DNA from: an uncultured Rivularia sp.
Lineage (GTDB): Bacteria; Cyanobacteriota; Cyanobacteriia; Cyanobacteriales; Nostocaceae
Direction: 5' to 3'
DNA length: 64,000 nucleotides
Assembly (NCBI GenBank): GCA_963665115.1
Contig: OY762007.1
Span: 6,560,001-6,624,000 of the forward strand
Both the position numbers and the translations under genes were made by a program. Shown in pieces: positions 43,081-54,645 of this stretch (positions are counted from its first letter, which is position 1; each line of letters opens with the position of its first letter). The notes beneath the pieces were generated by a model. It worked only from the letters and a program-made list of their open reading frames with translations. It ran no database searches and had not been told where the DNA came from.

Positions 43081-45333
43081 ATGATGAAAAAAATAGCCAT
43101 AATCCTTTGTACGGCACTAGCTTTAACATCCTGTGGGTTAAAAAATCAATATTCAACTTTCAAACAAAAAGCTGAAATTGCTGAAAAGATGACAGAATGG
43201 TGTGAGAAAAAATCAACTTTAGCCGAAGAAAGAAGAATTACGGTTGAAGCTTTATTAGAAGAAGCGGGTACAAATGATTGTCAAAAGGCTGGCGAAAGAC
43301 TTAGTAATTTGGAAAAAATTTATCTATCACAAAGTAATATCAGCGATTTAGTACCTGTTGCTGATTTAACTAATTTAACTGGACTTGACCTTGAAGATAA
43401 TAATATCAGCGATTTGACACAGCTTTCTAATTTAACTAATTTAATTGCTCTTAAGCTCGGTGGAAATAATATCAGCAATCTAGCACCAATTTCCAATTTA
43501 ACTAATTTAACTGAGCTTAGTCTCGGAGGAAATCAAATTAGCGATTTAAAACCACTTTCAAAATTAGTTAATTTGGCTCGACTCGAACTTGATAGCAGTC
43601 AAATCGACGATGTAGTTCCACTCAGTTCTTTTAAAGAGTTAAGATATTTGAGTTTAAAGTCTAATAATATCAGCGATATCCAACCGCTAGCTGATTTAAC
43701 TAACTTAGAGAAACTTCGGCTTGATCGCAATAAAATAACCGATATCAAACCACTGACAAAGTTAGCTAATTTGACTGAGCTTACGCTTTGGGGAAATGAA
43801 ATATCTGATATCACACCGCTGACAAAATTAACTAATTTGAAAGAATTTAAAATTCCCCCTCAAAGTTTTTTCTGGTGGTGCGAGCAAAAAGCAATCTTAC
43901 CCAAAAAAACAAAGCATACAGTAGAGGTTTTATTAAAAGAAGCAGGTTCCCAAGATTGTCAAAAGGCTAATCAAAAACTGAGTAGTTTGACTGAAATTAA
44001 TCTTTATGACAAAGGAATTAGCGATTTACAACCGATCGCAAAGTTAACTAATTTGACCTATATTTACCTTTTGGGCAATAACATCAGCGATTTAAAACCG
44101 CTATCTTCTTTAAGCAATTTGACTCATCTTACCCTCAGTTTTAATCCAATTAAAGACTTAAAACCGCTTGCTGATTTAACTAATTTAAGCGAACTTATCC
44201 TTAGTCACAATCAAATTGAGGATCTAAAGACGCTCTCTTCTTTGAATAATCTGATTAGTCTTTCTATTACTAATAATCCAATAAAAAATCTACAACCACT
44301 TTCAAAGTTAACTAATTTAACTGAGCTTTATCTTTATGATAATCAAATTAGTGATCTAAAACCACTTTCAAAATTAACTAATTTAACTAGTCTTTTTCTT
44401 AGTCGTAATAAAATTAAGGATATCAAACCGCTTTCAAAATTAACTAATTTAAATACGCTTTACCTTAGCGATAATCAGATTAAGGATATTAAACCGCTTT
44501 TAAGCTTAACTAATTTGAATAATCTTTATATTGATAGTAATCAAATTCAGGATATTAAACCGCTTTCGACCTTAACCAGTTTAACCTCGATTAAACTTAG
44601 TAGTAATCGAATCAGTGACTTTAAACCGCTTTCAAATTTAACTAGTTTAACTTGGCTTGACGTTAGTCAAAGTCAGATAAGCGATTTAAAACCGCTTTCA
44701 ACATTAAATAATTTAGCTTGGCTTAACCTCAGTAGAAATCCAATCAGCGACTTAAAACCGCTTTCAAAGTTAACTAATTTAGGCAGCCTTTATTTGAATA
44801 AAAACCGAATTAGTGATTTAAAACCGCTCTCAAATTTAACTAGTTTAAAAGCGCTTGAGCTTGATGAAAACCAAATTAACGACTTAAAACCCGTTTCAAC
44901 GTTAACCAATTTAACTAGGCTTTACGCTGGGAAAAATAAAATTAGCGACCTCAAACCACTTTCAAAGTTAACTAATTTATCTAAGCTTGCTCTCTATCAA
45001 AATAAAATTAGTGACTTAAAACCGCTTTCAAAGTTAACTAATTTGACTGAGCTTTACCTTGAAGCAAATAAAATTAGTAATTTAGAACCGCTTTCAACAT
45101 TAACTAATTTAACTCTACTTAAAGTTAGTCAAAATCAAATTAACGACGTAACACCGCTTTCTGATTTAACAAATTTTACCCAGCTTGACCTTAGTCAAAA
45201 CAAAATCAGTGACCAGCAACCGCTTTCAAACTTAACTAAGTTAGATGATAGAGGTCTTAATCTTTTGGAAAATCCGCTCACTAATAAAACCTGTCCTGTA
45301 AAGCGAAAGTCTGCATGCTTTCTTTTAAATTGA
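43081..45333 (+). CDS. Internalin-like LRR lipoprotein C with two cap+LRR modules
   Basis: LTSC lipobox; second internal FFWWCEQK..GSQDC cap. Confidence 0.92.
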   Translation: MMKKIAIILCTALALTSCGLKNQYSTFKQKAEIAEKMTEWCEKKSTLAEERRITVEALLEEAGTNDCQKAGERLSNLEKIYLSQSNISDLVPVADLTNLTGLDLEDNNISDLTQLSNLTNLIALKLGGNNISNLAPISNLTNLTELSLGGNQISDLKPLSKLVNLARLELDSSQIDDVVPLSSFKELRYLSLKSNNISDIQPLADLTNLEKLRLDRNKITDIKPLTKLANLTELTLWGNEISDITPLTKLTNLKEFKIPPQSFFWWCEQKAILPKKTKHTVEVLLKEAGSQDCQKANQKLSSLTEINLYDKGISDLQPIAKLTNLTYIYLLGNNISDLKPLSSLSNLTHLTLSFNPIKDLKPLADLTNLSELILSHNQIEDLKTLSSLNNLISLSITNNPIKNLQPLSKLTNLTELYLYDNQISDLKPLSKLTNLTSLFLSRNKIKDIKPLSKLTNLNTLYLSDNQIKDIKPLLSLTNLNNLYIDSNQIQDIKPLSTLTSLTSIKLSSNRISDFKPLSNLTSLTWLDVSQSQISDLKPLSTLNNLAWLNLSRNPISDLKPLSKLTNLGSLYLNKNRISDLKPLSNLTSLKALELDENQINDLKPVSTLTNLTRLYAGKNKISDLKPLSKLTNLSKLALYQNKISDLKPLSKLTNLTELYLEANKISNLEPLSTLTNLTLLKVSQNQINDVTPLSDLTNFTQLDLSQNKISDQQPLSNLTKLDDRGLNLLENPLTNKTCPVKRKSACFLLN

Positions 45334-45355
45334 TAATAATAAGGAAACTTAAAAA

Positions 45356-46321
45356 ATGAAATTAATTGCATTGTTTTTAACAACACTAACTTTAACAAGC
45401 TGTACTTTAGGAATTTCTCAGCAGAATCAATCTTATAAAACCTTTACTGAATGGTGCGAGAATAAATTAAGTTTATCTTGGGGAGCTAAACATACAGTCG
45501 ATGTTTTATTAAAAGAAGTGGGTACTAAGGATTGTCAGGAAGCAAATCGAAGACTAAGTAATTTAGAAGACCTTTCATTAGGTAGAAAAAGAATTAGTAA
45601 TCTACAACCACTTTCAACTTTAACTAATCTAAATTCTCTTATACTCAATGATAATAATATTAACGATATCAAACCGCTTTCCAAGTTAACAAATTTAGAT
45701 TGGCTTAGCCTTGGTAATAATCAAATCAAAGATATAAAACCGCTGGCAAAATTGACTAAATTGAGAAATCTTCATCTTCAAAGAAATGAAATTGTTAATA
45801 TCAAACCTCTGGAAAATTTAGATAAACTTGAATCTGTCTTTCTTGGAAACAATCAAATTACTGATACTCAGCCTCCTGTAAAGTTAACTAGTCCTAATTT
45901 AAGATTTCTCTCACTTCATAGAAATAAAATTAGCAATTTGAGCTTTGTGTCCGAATTAAAGAATTTAAGTTCCCTTCATCTTGATTCAAATCAAATCAGC
46001 GACCTCAAACCGCTGCAAAACCTAACTAATTTGACTAATCTTGACCTCAAGGATAATAAAATTTTTAATTTAAGACCGCTTTCTGATTTATCTAATTTAA
46101 CCGAACTTAAACTTAGTCAAAATGAAATTAGCGACCTTAAACCGCTTTCTGATTTAAATAACTTGAATAGACTAAGACTTAACCAAAACGAAATTAGCGA
46201 CCTCAAACCGCTTTCTAATTTAAATAATTTGACCTTAATTGAGCTTGGTCAAAATCCTATCGAGGATAAAACTTGTCCGGTAAAGTTAGCTTCTGTATGT
46301 TATTTTCCAAATGAGAATTAA
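45356..46321 (+). CDS. Internalin-like LRR lipoprotein D
   Basis: LTSC lipobox, both caps, about 11 repeats. Confidence 0.92.
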   Translation: MKLIALFLTTLTLTSCTLGISQQNQSYKTFTEWCENKLSLSWGAKHTVDVLLKEVGTKDCQEANRRLSNLEDLSLGRKRISNLQPLSTLTNLNSLILNDNNINDIKPLSKLTNLDWLSLGNNQIKDIKPLAKLTKLRNLHLQRNEIVNIKPLENLDKLESVFLGNNQITDTQPPVKLTSPNLRFLSLHRNKISNLSFVSELKNLSSLHLDSNQISDLKPLQNLTNLTNLDLKDNKIFNLRPLSDLSNLTELKLSQNEISDLKPLSDLNNLNRLRLNQNEISDLKPLSNLNNLTLIELGQNPIEDKTCPVKLASVCYFPNEN

Positions 46322-46414
46322 AATTACGAGTTTGCTTTTTTAGAGATGAAAGGAGTCAGTCAAACATAATTAATAAATCAACTGGCTTTAATAAATTAAA
46401 ATTACATTAATAAA

Positions 46415-47881
46415 ATGAAAAAAATAGCCATAATCCTTTGTACGCTACTAACATTAACAGCCTGTACGCAAAAAAAACAACCTGCAAATTCTCTTAATGA
46501 AAAAGCTGAAATTGTCAAGAAAATAATAGAATGGTGCGAGAAAAAATCTACTTTAGCCGAAGAAACAAGGATTACGGTAGACGCATTATTGGAAAGAGCG
46601 GGTACAGATGATTGTAAAACAGCCGGTTACAGACTTCGTAATATAACTAAGCTTTACCTATCACAGAATAACATCAGCGATTTAGAGCCAATTTCTGATT
46701 TAACACATTTAACCCATCTTTACCTATCAGAAAACAATATCAGCAATCTAGAGCCAATTTCTAACTTAACTAATTTAAGTGAGCTTGATTTATCAGAAAA
46801 TAATATCAGCAATCTAAAAGCACTTTCTAACTTAACTAATTTAAGTGAGCTTGATTTATCAGAAAATAATATCAGCAATCTAAAAGCACTTTCTAACTTA
46901 ACTAATTTAACCGAGCTTAATTTATCGGAAAACAATATTAGCAATTTACAACTGCTTTCAAAGTTAGCTAATTTGGTTCAACTCAAGCTTGACAGAAATC
47001 AAATTGAAGAGATACAACCGCTAGCTGATTTAACTAGCTTAAAACAACTTCAACTCGATGATAATAAAATCACCGATATTAAACCGCTCTCTACCTTAAC
47101 TAATTTGAAAGTAATTACGCTTTATGAAAATAAAATTACCGACACAAAACCGCTTTCAAGCTTAACTAATCTCACCGAACTGGAAATTCCCGCTCAAAAT
47201 TTTATCTGGTGGTGCGAGCAACAAGCAACCTTACCCAAGCGAACAAAGCATACAGTTGAGCTTTTATTAAGAGAAGCAGGTACCCAAGATTGCAAAAAAG
47301 CCAATCAAAAAATAAGTAGTTTGACCAAACTTAGGCTTTATAACAAGAAAATTAGCGATTTACAACCGCTTTCATCATTCAGTAATTTAATTAACCTAGA
47401 CCTTGATAATAATCTAATTAGTAATTTAAAACCTCTTGCTGGTTTAACTAATTTGACTATACTAGACCTTAACAATAATCGAATTAGTGATTTAAAACCT
47501 CTTGCTGGTTTAAATAAACTGACTGAGCTAAATATTGAGATTAATCGAATTAGTAACCTAAAACCTCTTACTAATTTAACTAATTTGACTAAACTTGAAC
47601 TTTGGCGAAATAGAATAAGTAACGTAAAACCACTTGCTAATTTAACAAATTTAACTGACCTAGACCTTTCAGCCAATAGAATAAGCGATGTCAAACCGCT
47701 TGTTAATTTAAAAAATTTAACTGGTCTAGGTCTTTCTTACAATAAAATCAGCGATATAAAACCGCTTTCTTCTTTAACTAATTTAACCAAAAGTTCTTCA
47801 TTTCGCGGACTAAATCTTACTGGAAATCCTATTGAGAACAAAATCTGTCCTGTAAAACCAGATGATATATGCCGGTTTTAA
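46415..47881 (+). CDS. Internalin-like LRR lipoprotein E with two cap+LRR modules
   Basis: LTAC lipobox, internal cap, near-perfect 66-bp tandem duplications. Confidence 0.92.
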   Translation: MKKIAIILCTLLTLTACTQKKQPANSLNEKAEIVKKIIEWCEKKSTLAEETRITVDALLERAGTDDCKTAGYRLRNITKLYLSQNNISDLEPISDLTHLTHLYLSENNISNLEPISNLTNLSELDLSENNISNLKALSNLTNLSELDLSENNISNLKALSNLTNLTELNLSENNISNLQLLSKLANLVQLKLDRNQIEEIQPLADLTSLKQLQLDDNKITDIKPLSTLTNLKVITLYENKITDTKPLSSLTNLTELEIPAQNFIWWCEQQATLPKRTKHTVELLLREAGTQDCKKANQKISSLTKLRLYNKKISDLQPLSSFSNLINLDLDNNLISNLKPLAGLTNLTILDLNNNRISDLKPLAGLNKLTELNIEINRISNLKPLTNLTNLTKLELWRNRISNVKPLANLTNLTDLDLSANRISDVKPLVNLKNLTGLGLSYNKISDIKPLSSLTNLTKSSSFRGLNLTGNPIENKICPVKPDDICRF

Positions 47882-48007
47882 TCAGTAACACCATAGATTG
47901 AATAGCTGCTGCTGAAAACTCAAACGACAAAGCTTTTAAACTATGCTATCAATTTAATATTTGATATTTAAGCTAGCAATTAAAAATAATATTACTTAGA
48001 TAAAATA

Positions 48008-49386
48008 ATGAGAAAATTTTTAATAATTATACTTGCAGCAATAACTTTAACATCCTGTACCCAAAACAAAAAACAAGTTGAAAAATTTACTCAGTTGTGT
48101 CTGGAAAAATCGACTTTACCCGAACAAAGCAAATATACAGTAGAAGCGTTATTAGAAAGAGCAGGTACTCAAGATTGCATAAAAGCCAATCGAAAACTTA
48201 GCAGTCTGACCGAGCTTGACCTTAGAGGACACAATATCAGCAATCTAGAACCACTTTCTGAGTTAATCAATTTAACCGAACTCAACCTTTCAGAAAACAA
48301 CATTAGCAACTTAACACCGATTTCAAAACTAACTAATTTGGTTCAACTTCGACTCGATCAAAATAAAATTAATGATTTAACAATACTGGCTTCTTTAAAC
48401 AAATTAAAATCTTTGAGATTAGCATCTAATAATATCACCGATATCAAACCACTATCTTCACTAATTAATTTAGAATCGCTTAGCCTTGCTGATAACCAAA
48501 TCGAAAACCTACAACCGCTAGCTGATTTAACCAACTTAAAACAACTTCGACTCGATGATAATAAAATCACCGACATCAAACCGCTCTCTAACTTAAATTC
48601 TTTGACAGTAATTGCGCTTTATGGAAATCAAATAAATGACCTAAAACCACTGTTTTGGGAAAATCAAATCGGCGATCTAAAACCACTATCAAAATCAACT
48701 AATTTTACCGAACTTAAAATTCCCACTCAAAGTTTTATCTGGTGGTGCGAGCAAAAACCAACCTTACCCAAACAAACACAGTATACAGTTGAGGTTTTAT
48801 TAGGAGAAGCGGGTACCCAAGATTGCAAAAAAGCTAATCAAAAATTGAGTAGTTTGACTAAACTTATCATTTACGACGATAAAATTAGTGATTTACAACC
48901 GTTTTCTACATTCACTAACTTGACCGATCTTATCCTTACGTCTAATCAAATCAGCGACATCAAACCGCTTTCTGGTTTAACAAATTTAACTAACCTTATA
49001 ATCAAATAAGTAATTTGATACCGCTTGCTAATTTAACTGAGTTAACTCAGCTTCAGCTTCAAGATAATCAAATAAATGATTTAAAACCACTTGCTAATTT
49101 AACTGAGTTAACTCAGCTTGACCTTGGTGATAATCAAATAAGTGACTTGAAACCACTTGCTAATTTAACTGAGTTAACTCGGCTTGAGCTTGAAGATAAT
49201 CAAATAAGTGACATAAAACCGCTTTCTTCTTTGACAGAATTAACATCTCTTTACCTTCATAATAATCAAATAAGTGATATAAAACCGCTTTCTTCTTTGA
49301 CTAACTTACGTAGCACTTTATTATTAGGAAATAAAATATTTAATAAAGTTTGTCCATTAAAACCAGAATCTAAATGCCACTTTTAG
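48008..49386 (+). pseudogene. LRR lipoprotein F, disrupted near 49000 by a short deletion
   Basis: ORF 48008-49009 plus ORF 49015-49386; repeat register implies about 10 bp missing. Confidence 0.75.
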
Positions 49387-49489
49387 GCATTACTTAAAAT
49401 ACTCAAACAGCTAATATGCTGTAAATCTCCGATTTAATATGGACTTATAAAAAATATATTAGCTCTAACTACATAGATAAAAGAATAAA

Positions 49490-50458
49490 ATGAAAAAAAT
49501 AATCATATCACTTTGCACTATACTTGCTTTAACAGCTTGCAAGCACAATCAAAAGCCTGCTAAAAATTTTACTCAATGGTGCCAGGAAAAATCTACATTA
49601 CCACAACAAACGAAATATACAGTTAAACTGTTATTAAAAGAAGCAGGTACTCAAAATTGCGAAGATGCTAACCGAGAACTTAGTGAATCGAATTTCCTTA
49701 ACTTTACTGAAAACGGAATTAGCGACTTAGAGCCGCTTAGCTCTTTAACCCATTTGACTTCCCTTAATATTAACGGAAGCAAAATCAGCAATTTAGAACC
49801 GCTTAGTTCCTTAACTAACTTGACTTCTCTTAGTATTTATGAAAGTAAAATCAGCAATTTAGAACCACTTTCAAAGTTAAGAAACTTAATTTCCCTTGCT
49901 ATTAGTGGAAACAAAATCAGCAATTTGGAACCACTTTCAAATTTAACTAATCTGACTTCCCTTAGTATTAGTGGAAACAAAATCAGTAACTTACAACCAC
50001 TTTTAGAGTTAACAAATTTGACCGAACTTTACCTTAAAGATAATAAAATCAGCGTTCTAAAACCCCTTGCTGGATTAACCAATTTGACTAAACTTTACCT
50101 TGTAAATAATAAAATCAGTAACTTACAACCACTTTCAGAGTTAACAAATTTGACCGAACTTTACCTTGGAGACAACAAAATCACTAATTTACAACCGCTC
50201 TCAAAGTTGACAAACTTGAAGAAACTAGGGCTTGCAAATAATTTTATCAGCGACATAAAACCGCTTGCTAATTTATCCAATTTAACTAACCTAGACCTTT
50301 CTTCTAATAAAATCAGCGATGTCAAACCGCTTTCTTCTTTAACTAATTTAACTAAATCAACAAACTTTAATTCATTTGGACTAAATCTTGATAGAAATCC
50401 TATCGAGAACAAAATCTGTCCTGTAAAGCCAGATGATATATGCAGTTTTAAAAATTAA
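49490..50458 (+). CDS. Internalin-like LRR lipoprotein G
   Basis: LTAC lipobox, both caps, about 11 repeats. Confidence 0.92.
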   Translation: MKKIIISLCTILALTACKHNQKPAKNFTQWCQEKSTLPQQTKYTVKLLLKEAGTQNCEDANRELSESNFLNFTENGISDLEPLSSLTHLTSLNINGSKISNLEPLSSLTNLTSLSIYESKISNLEPLSKLRNLISLAISGNKISNLEPLSNLTNLTSLSISGNKISNLQPLLELTNLTELYLKDNKISVLKPLAGLTNLTKLYLVNNKISNLQPLSELTNLTELYLGDNKITNLQPLSKLTNLKKLGLANNFISDIKPLANLSNLTNLDLSSNKISDVKPLSSLTNLTKSTNFNSFGLNLDRNPIENKICPVKPDDICSFKN

Positions 50459-50623
50459 TACCATAAATAAAATATACGGTTTTAACTTGGGTGCAATTCA
50501 AATCGACTTCACCCTCGTTCCCTTTGCCTTCATATCGGCTATGGTGTACACAACAGTTAAGGTTTTTCCAACATTGATTATTTGCGATCGCGATGGTGGT
50601 GAATTTAAGCTCGATTTTAATCG

Positions 50624-50661
50624 TGTCACCGCATCTTCGACGTTGCGGTGACATTTTTTTT
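50624..50661 (+). terminator. Intrinsic terminator-like hairpin (related stem at 53119-53146, half copy at 55243-55264)
   Basis: tgtcaccgca..tgcggtgaca followed by a T run. Confidence 0.65.
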
Positions 50662-50800
50662 TGCAATAAACCCTTGCCTATATCCACCACCGAATCTGCA
50701 ATCCAATTAAATTTATAATGTAAAAATTCAGTAATTTTAGTCATTTCAATGTATTAAATATTAGCTATAAATGAACTAAATAATTTTTTTTGCTTAAAAT

Positions 50801-52280
50801 ATGAAAATAATTAAAGCTTCTTTTTGTACTGTATTATCCTTCGCAGCATTATTACAAACTACAAAAGCTATTGCAGCACCTCTCAAAACTTTTACAGAAT
50901 ACTGTCAGCAAAAATCAACGTTACCTAAAGAAACCAAACATACCGTTGAAGTGTTGTTAAAAGAAGCCGATATTCAAAATTGTCAGCAAGCGAATCGCAA
51001 ATTAACGAGTTTGACTGAGATAGACCCTTCTAGATAATAAAATCAGCGATTTAAAACCGCTTGCTAGTTTAACTAATTTGACCAAGCTTAACCTTGTAAG
51101 AAATCAGATAAGAGACTTAAAACCGCTTTCAACCTTAACTAATTTAAATCAGCTTTACCTTTCTAATAATCAAATCAGCGACATCAAACCTCTCTCAACC
51201 TTAACCAATTTAGAGCGACTTTTTCTTTCTGGTAATCAAATCAGCGACATCAAACCTCTCTCAACCTTAACCAATTTAGAGGGACTTGTTCTTAATGAAA
51301 ACAAAATCAGCCACATCAAACCACTCTCAAACTTAACTAATTTAGAATATATTTTACTTCATCAAAATAAAATAAGTGACATCAAACCGCTTTCAAACTT
51401 AACTAATTTGACCGAACTTTACCTTGACGGAATTCAAATAAGTGATATCAAACCACTCTCAAACTTAACTAATTTGACTAGTCTTGCCCTTGGCGAAACT
51501 CAAATAAGTGACATCAAACCCCTCGTAAAGTTAACTAAATTAAATAATCTTTCTCTTGCAATTAATCAAATCAGCGACTTAAAACCGATTTCAAGCTTAA
51601 TTAATTTGGAATCGATTAAACTCTCCGGAAATCAAATCAGTGACTTAAAACCGATTTCAACTTTAACTAATTTAAAATTTATTCATGTGAATGGAACTTC
51701 AGTTAGTGACTTAAAACCACTATCAAATTTAGCTAATTTAGAATATATTTCACTTAATCAAAATAAAATAAGTGACATCAAGCCACTTTCAAAATTAACT
51801 AATTTAGAAGGAATTCAACTTAATAAAAACCAGATTAGTAACATCAAACCGCTGTCAAATTTAACTAATTTGGCTCGTCTTTCACTAAGCCAAAATAAAA
51901 TTAGTGATTTAAAACCGCTCTCAACTTTAACCAATCTATATATTATTCAACTCAGCCAAAACCAGATTAGTAACTTAAAACCGCTTTCCAGCTTAAAAAA
52001 CTCAACCAGAATTTTCCTTACTGGTAATAAAATTAGCGACCTAAAGCCACTTTCAAAATTAAATAGCTTGACTATTCTTAGTCTTGATAGCAATCAAATA
52101 AGCGACGTTAAACCGCTATCTTCTTTAAGAAATTTAGCATATCTTAATTTGGATAAAAATAAAATTAGCGACATCAAACCACTGTCTAACTTAACTAATT
52201 TGACCGATCTTAATCTTAAGGATAATCACATTGAGGATAAAACTTGTCCCATACAGCAAAAATCTGTTTGCAAATTTTAG
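50801..52280 (+). CDS. Secreted LRR protein H, +1 frameshift at CCC 51025-51027 (probably a sequencing error)
   Basis: AIA signal peptide; removing one C restores EIDLLDNKISDLKPL and joins the two ORFs. Confidence 0.8.
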
Positions 52281-52500
52281 TTATTTATCCTTAAGCTTTC
52301 TTATCGCGATATCTAATAAAATATTTGCTCGATTGCAGATATATTTTTTATTCGGTTTTTACGTGATTTTGTTTATTAACTGCAAATCGCGAGTCTAGTT
52401 TGTTGTAGATGCGTTCAGCTATGCTGCCAAGCTTGCCCTATGTTTTGATGCTGTGCCTTAAGCGATCGCCGTATTATGGTACTTCCTTAACTATCCCCAC

Positions 52501-53075
52501 ATCAAATCAGCGATTTAAAGCCGCTTGCTAATTTAACTAATTTGACTTCTCTTAGTCTTTCAGAAAACCAAATAAGCAATGTCAGAGCGCTTGCTAATTT
52601 AACTAATTTGACTTCTCTTAGTCTTTCAGGAAATCGAATAAGTGACGTAAAATTGCTTTCTAGTTTAACCAATTTAAATTTTCTCAACCTTCCCTATAAT
52701 CGAATAGTTGATGTTAAACCGCTTGCTAATTTAACTAATTTGACTAGGCTTAACCTGATTGAAAATAAAATCAGCGACATAAAATCGCTTTCTTCAATGA
52801 CCAACTTGACTTGGCTTAACCTTAGCGAAAATAAAATAACCGATATCAAACCACTTTCTAATTTAACCAATTTGAGTCAGCTTTACCTGAAAAAAAATAA
52901 AATAAGTGACGTAAATTCCCTGAAAAACCTAACTAAGCTAAGTTTCCTTTCTCTTGATTTCGATGAAGTCAACGATTTAAAACCACTTTTTCATTTGAAA
53001 TTAGTGGATCTTTCAAGTAAGCAAGCCAAGTTTTTCACTTGTAACTTATTTGCTCCTGCTAATTGCGGATTTTAG
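52501..53075 (+). pseudogene. LRR gene I lacking its 5' end (no signal peptide or N-cap)
   Basis: Upstream element is fused directly to a repeat at ATCAAATC 52501-52508. Confidence 0.8.
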
Positions 53076-53415
53076 TTACTACGATGTAGAAATAATAAGC
53101 ATTAAGACGACAGATAGTGTCACCGCAATATCAATATTACGGTGACTAATTATTTCTAGGTTTGGAATTGGTTACAATATGCTTTATTTATGTGGTGTTC
53201 AGCTATGCTACCTAAGCTCGCCTTCGATCAACTGCTGTAATTAAATCAACAATTGTAAGGCGATCGCCCTATTATCATACTTCCTTAACTATCCCTACAT
53301 CAAATCTTTAATCAAATCTTGTTAATACCTTACGAAATTAACTTCATGTGTTATGAAGTATGTATTCGGCTGGTCATACAGCATTAAATATCACTATTTG
53401 ATAAGTAGTAATACT

Positions 53416-54645
53416 ATGAAAAAGATAATCGCATCCCTTTGCACTATACTTGCTCTGAATCATGCCAAAGCTATCGCAACACCATTACATAAACAAGATA
53501 GTGTAAAAAGTTTTACAGAATACTGTCAACAAAAATCTACGCTACCAAAAGCAACGAAGCATACCGTTGAAGTGCTGTTAAAAGAAGCTGCTACTCAAGA
53601 TTGTCAGCAAGCGAACCGGAAACTTAGGAGTTTGACAGAACTGAATTTAAAAGAGAAGCAAATAAGTGACCTAAAACCGCTTTCAACCTTAACTAATCTG
53701 ATTAAACTTAACCTTATTAGTAATCAAATAAGTGACATCACACCGCTTTCTTCTTTAACTAATTTGACCAAGCTTAACCTGGGGGGAAATCAAATCAGTG
53801 ACCTAACATCGCTCTCAAAATTAACTAAATTGAATCTGCTTTACCTTTGGGCAAATAGAATCAGTGATATCACACCGCTTTCTTATCTAACTAATTTAAC
53901 TCTACTTAGCCTTGGGGGAAATCAAATAAACGACATCACACCGCTTTCTTCTCTAACTAATTTAACTCTACTTAGCCTTCGGGATAATCAAATCAGTGAA
54001 TTAAAACCGCTCTCTTCGTTAATTAATTTAAAGCAGCTTGAACTTTTAGGAAACCAGATAGAGGAATTAAAACCGCTCTCTTCGTTAACTAATTTAAACT
54101 GGCTTCATCTCAGTTTCAATAGAATCAGCGAATTAAAGCCACTCTCTTCGTTAACTTCTTTAAAGCGACTTAGCCTTAGACAAAACAAGATTAGTAATAT
54201 CAAACCGCTCTCAACACTAACTAATTTAACTAATCTAGAGCTTACCCGAAACCCAATTAGTGACTTAAAACCGCTCTCTTCGTTAACTAATTTGACCCAT
54301 CTTTTCCTTGTTAATAATCAAATCAGCGAGGTTAAACAGTTATCTTCTTTAACTAATTTAAAATTCCTTGCTTTGAATAAAAATCAAATTAGCAACGTAC
54401 AACCACTTTCTAACTTAACTAAATTATCAATACTCCATATTAATGAAAATAAGATAAGTGATGTCAAACCACTTTCTGTGCTTAATAACTTAACTGGGCT
54501 TTCCATTAGGAAAAATCAGATCGACAACCTACAACAGTTTTCTGATTTCACTAATTTAAACTGGCTTTACTTACAGGATAATCCTATCCGCAATAAAACT
54601 TGTCCCATACACTTAAAATCTGTATGTTACTTAGATCCGTACTAA
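53416..54645 (+). CDS. Secreted internalin-like LRR protein J
   Basis: AKAIA signal peptide without lipobox, both caps, about 15 repeats. Confidence 0.9.
   Translation: MKKIIASLCTILALNHAKAIATPLHKQDSVKSFTEYCQQKSTLPKATKHTVEVLLKEAATQDCQQANRKLRSLTELNLKEKQISDLKPLSTLTNLIKLNLISNQISDITPLSSLTNLTKLNLGGNQISDLTSLSKLTKLNLLYLWANRISDITPLSYLTNLTLLSLGGNQINDITPLSSLTNLTLLSLRDNQISELKPLSSLINLKQLELLGNQIEELKPLSSLTNLNWLHLSFNRISELKPLSSLTSLKRLSLRQNKISNIKPLSTLTNLTNLELTRNPISDLKPLSSLTNLTHLFLVNNQISEVKQLSSLTNLKFLALNKNQISNVQPLSNLTKLSILHINENKISDVKPLSVLNNLTGLSIRKNQIDNLQQFSDFTNLNWLYLQDNPIRNKTCPIHLKSVCYLDPY

Noticed and set aside
50448..50744. 98-aa minus-strand ORF inside the LRR array
   Set aside because: Overlaps a terminator-like hairpin and a duplicated upstream block, and no family is recognisable. 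A decayed gene cannot be excluded.
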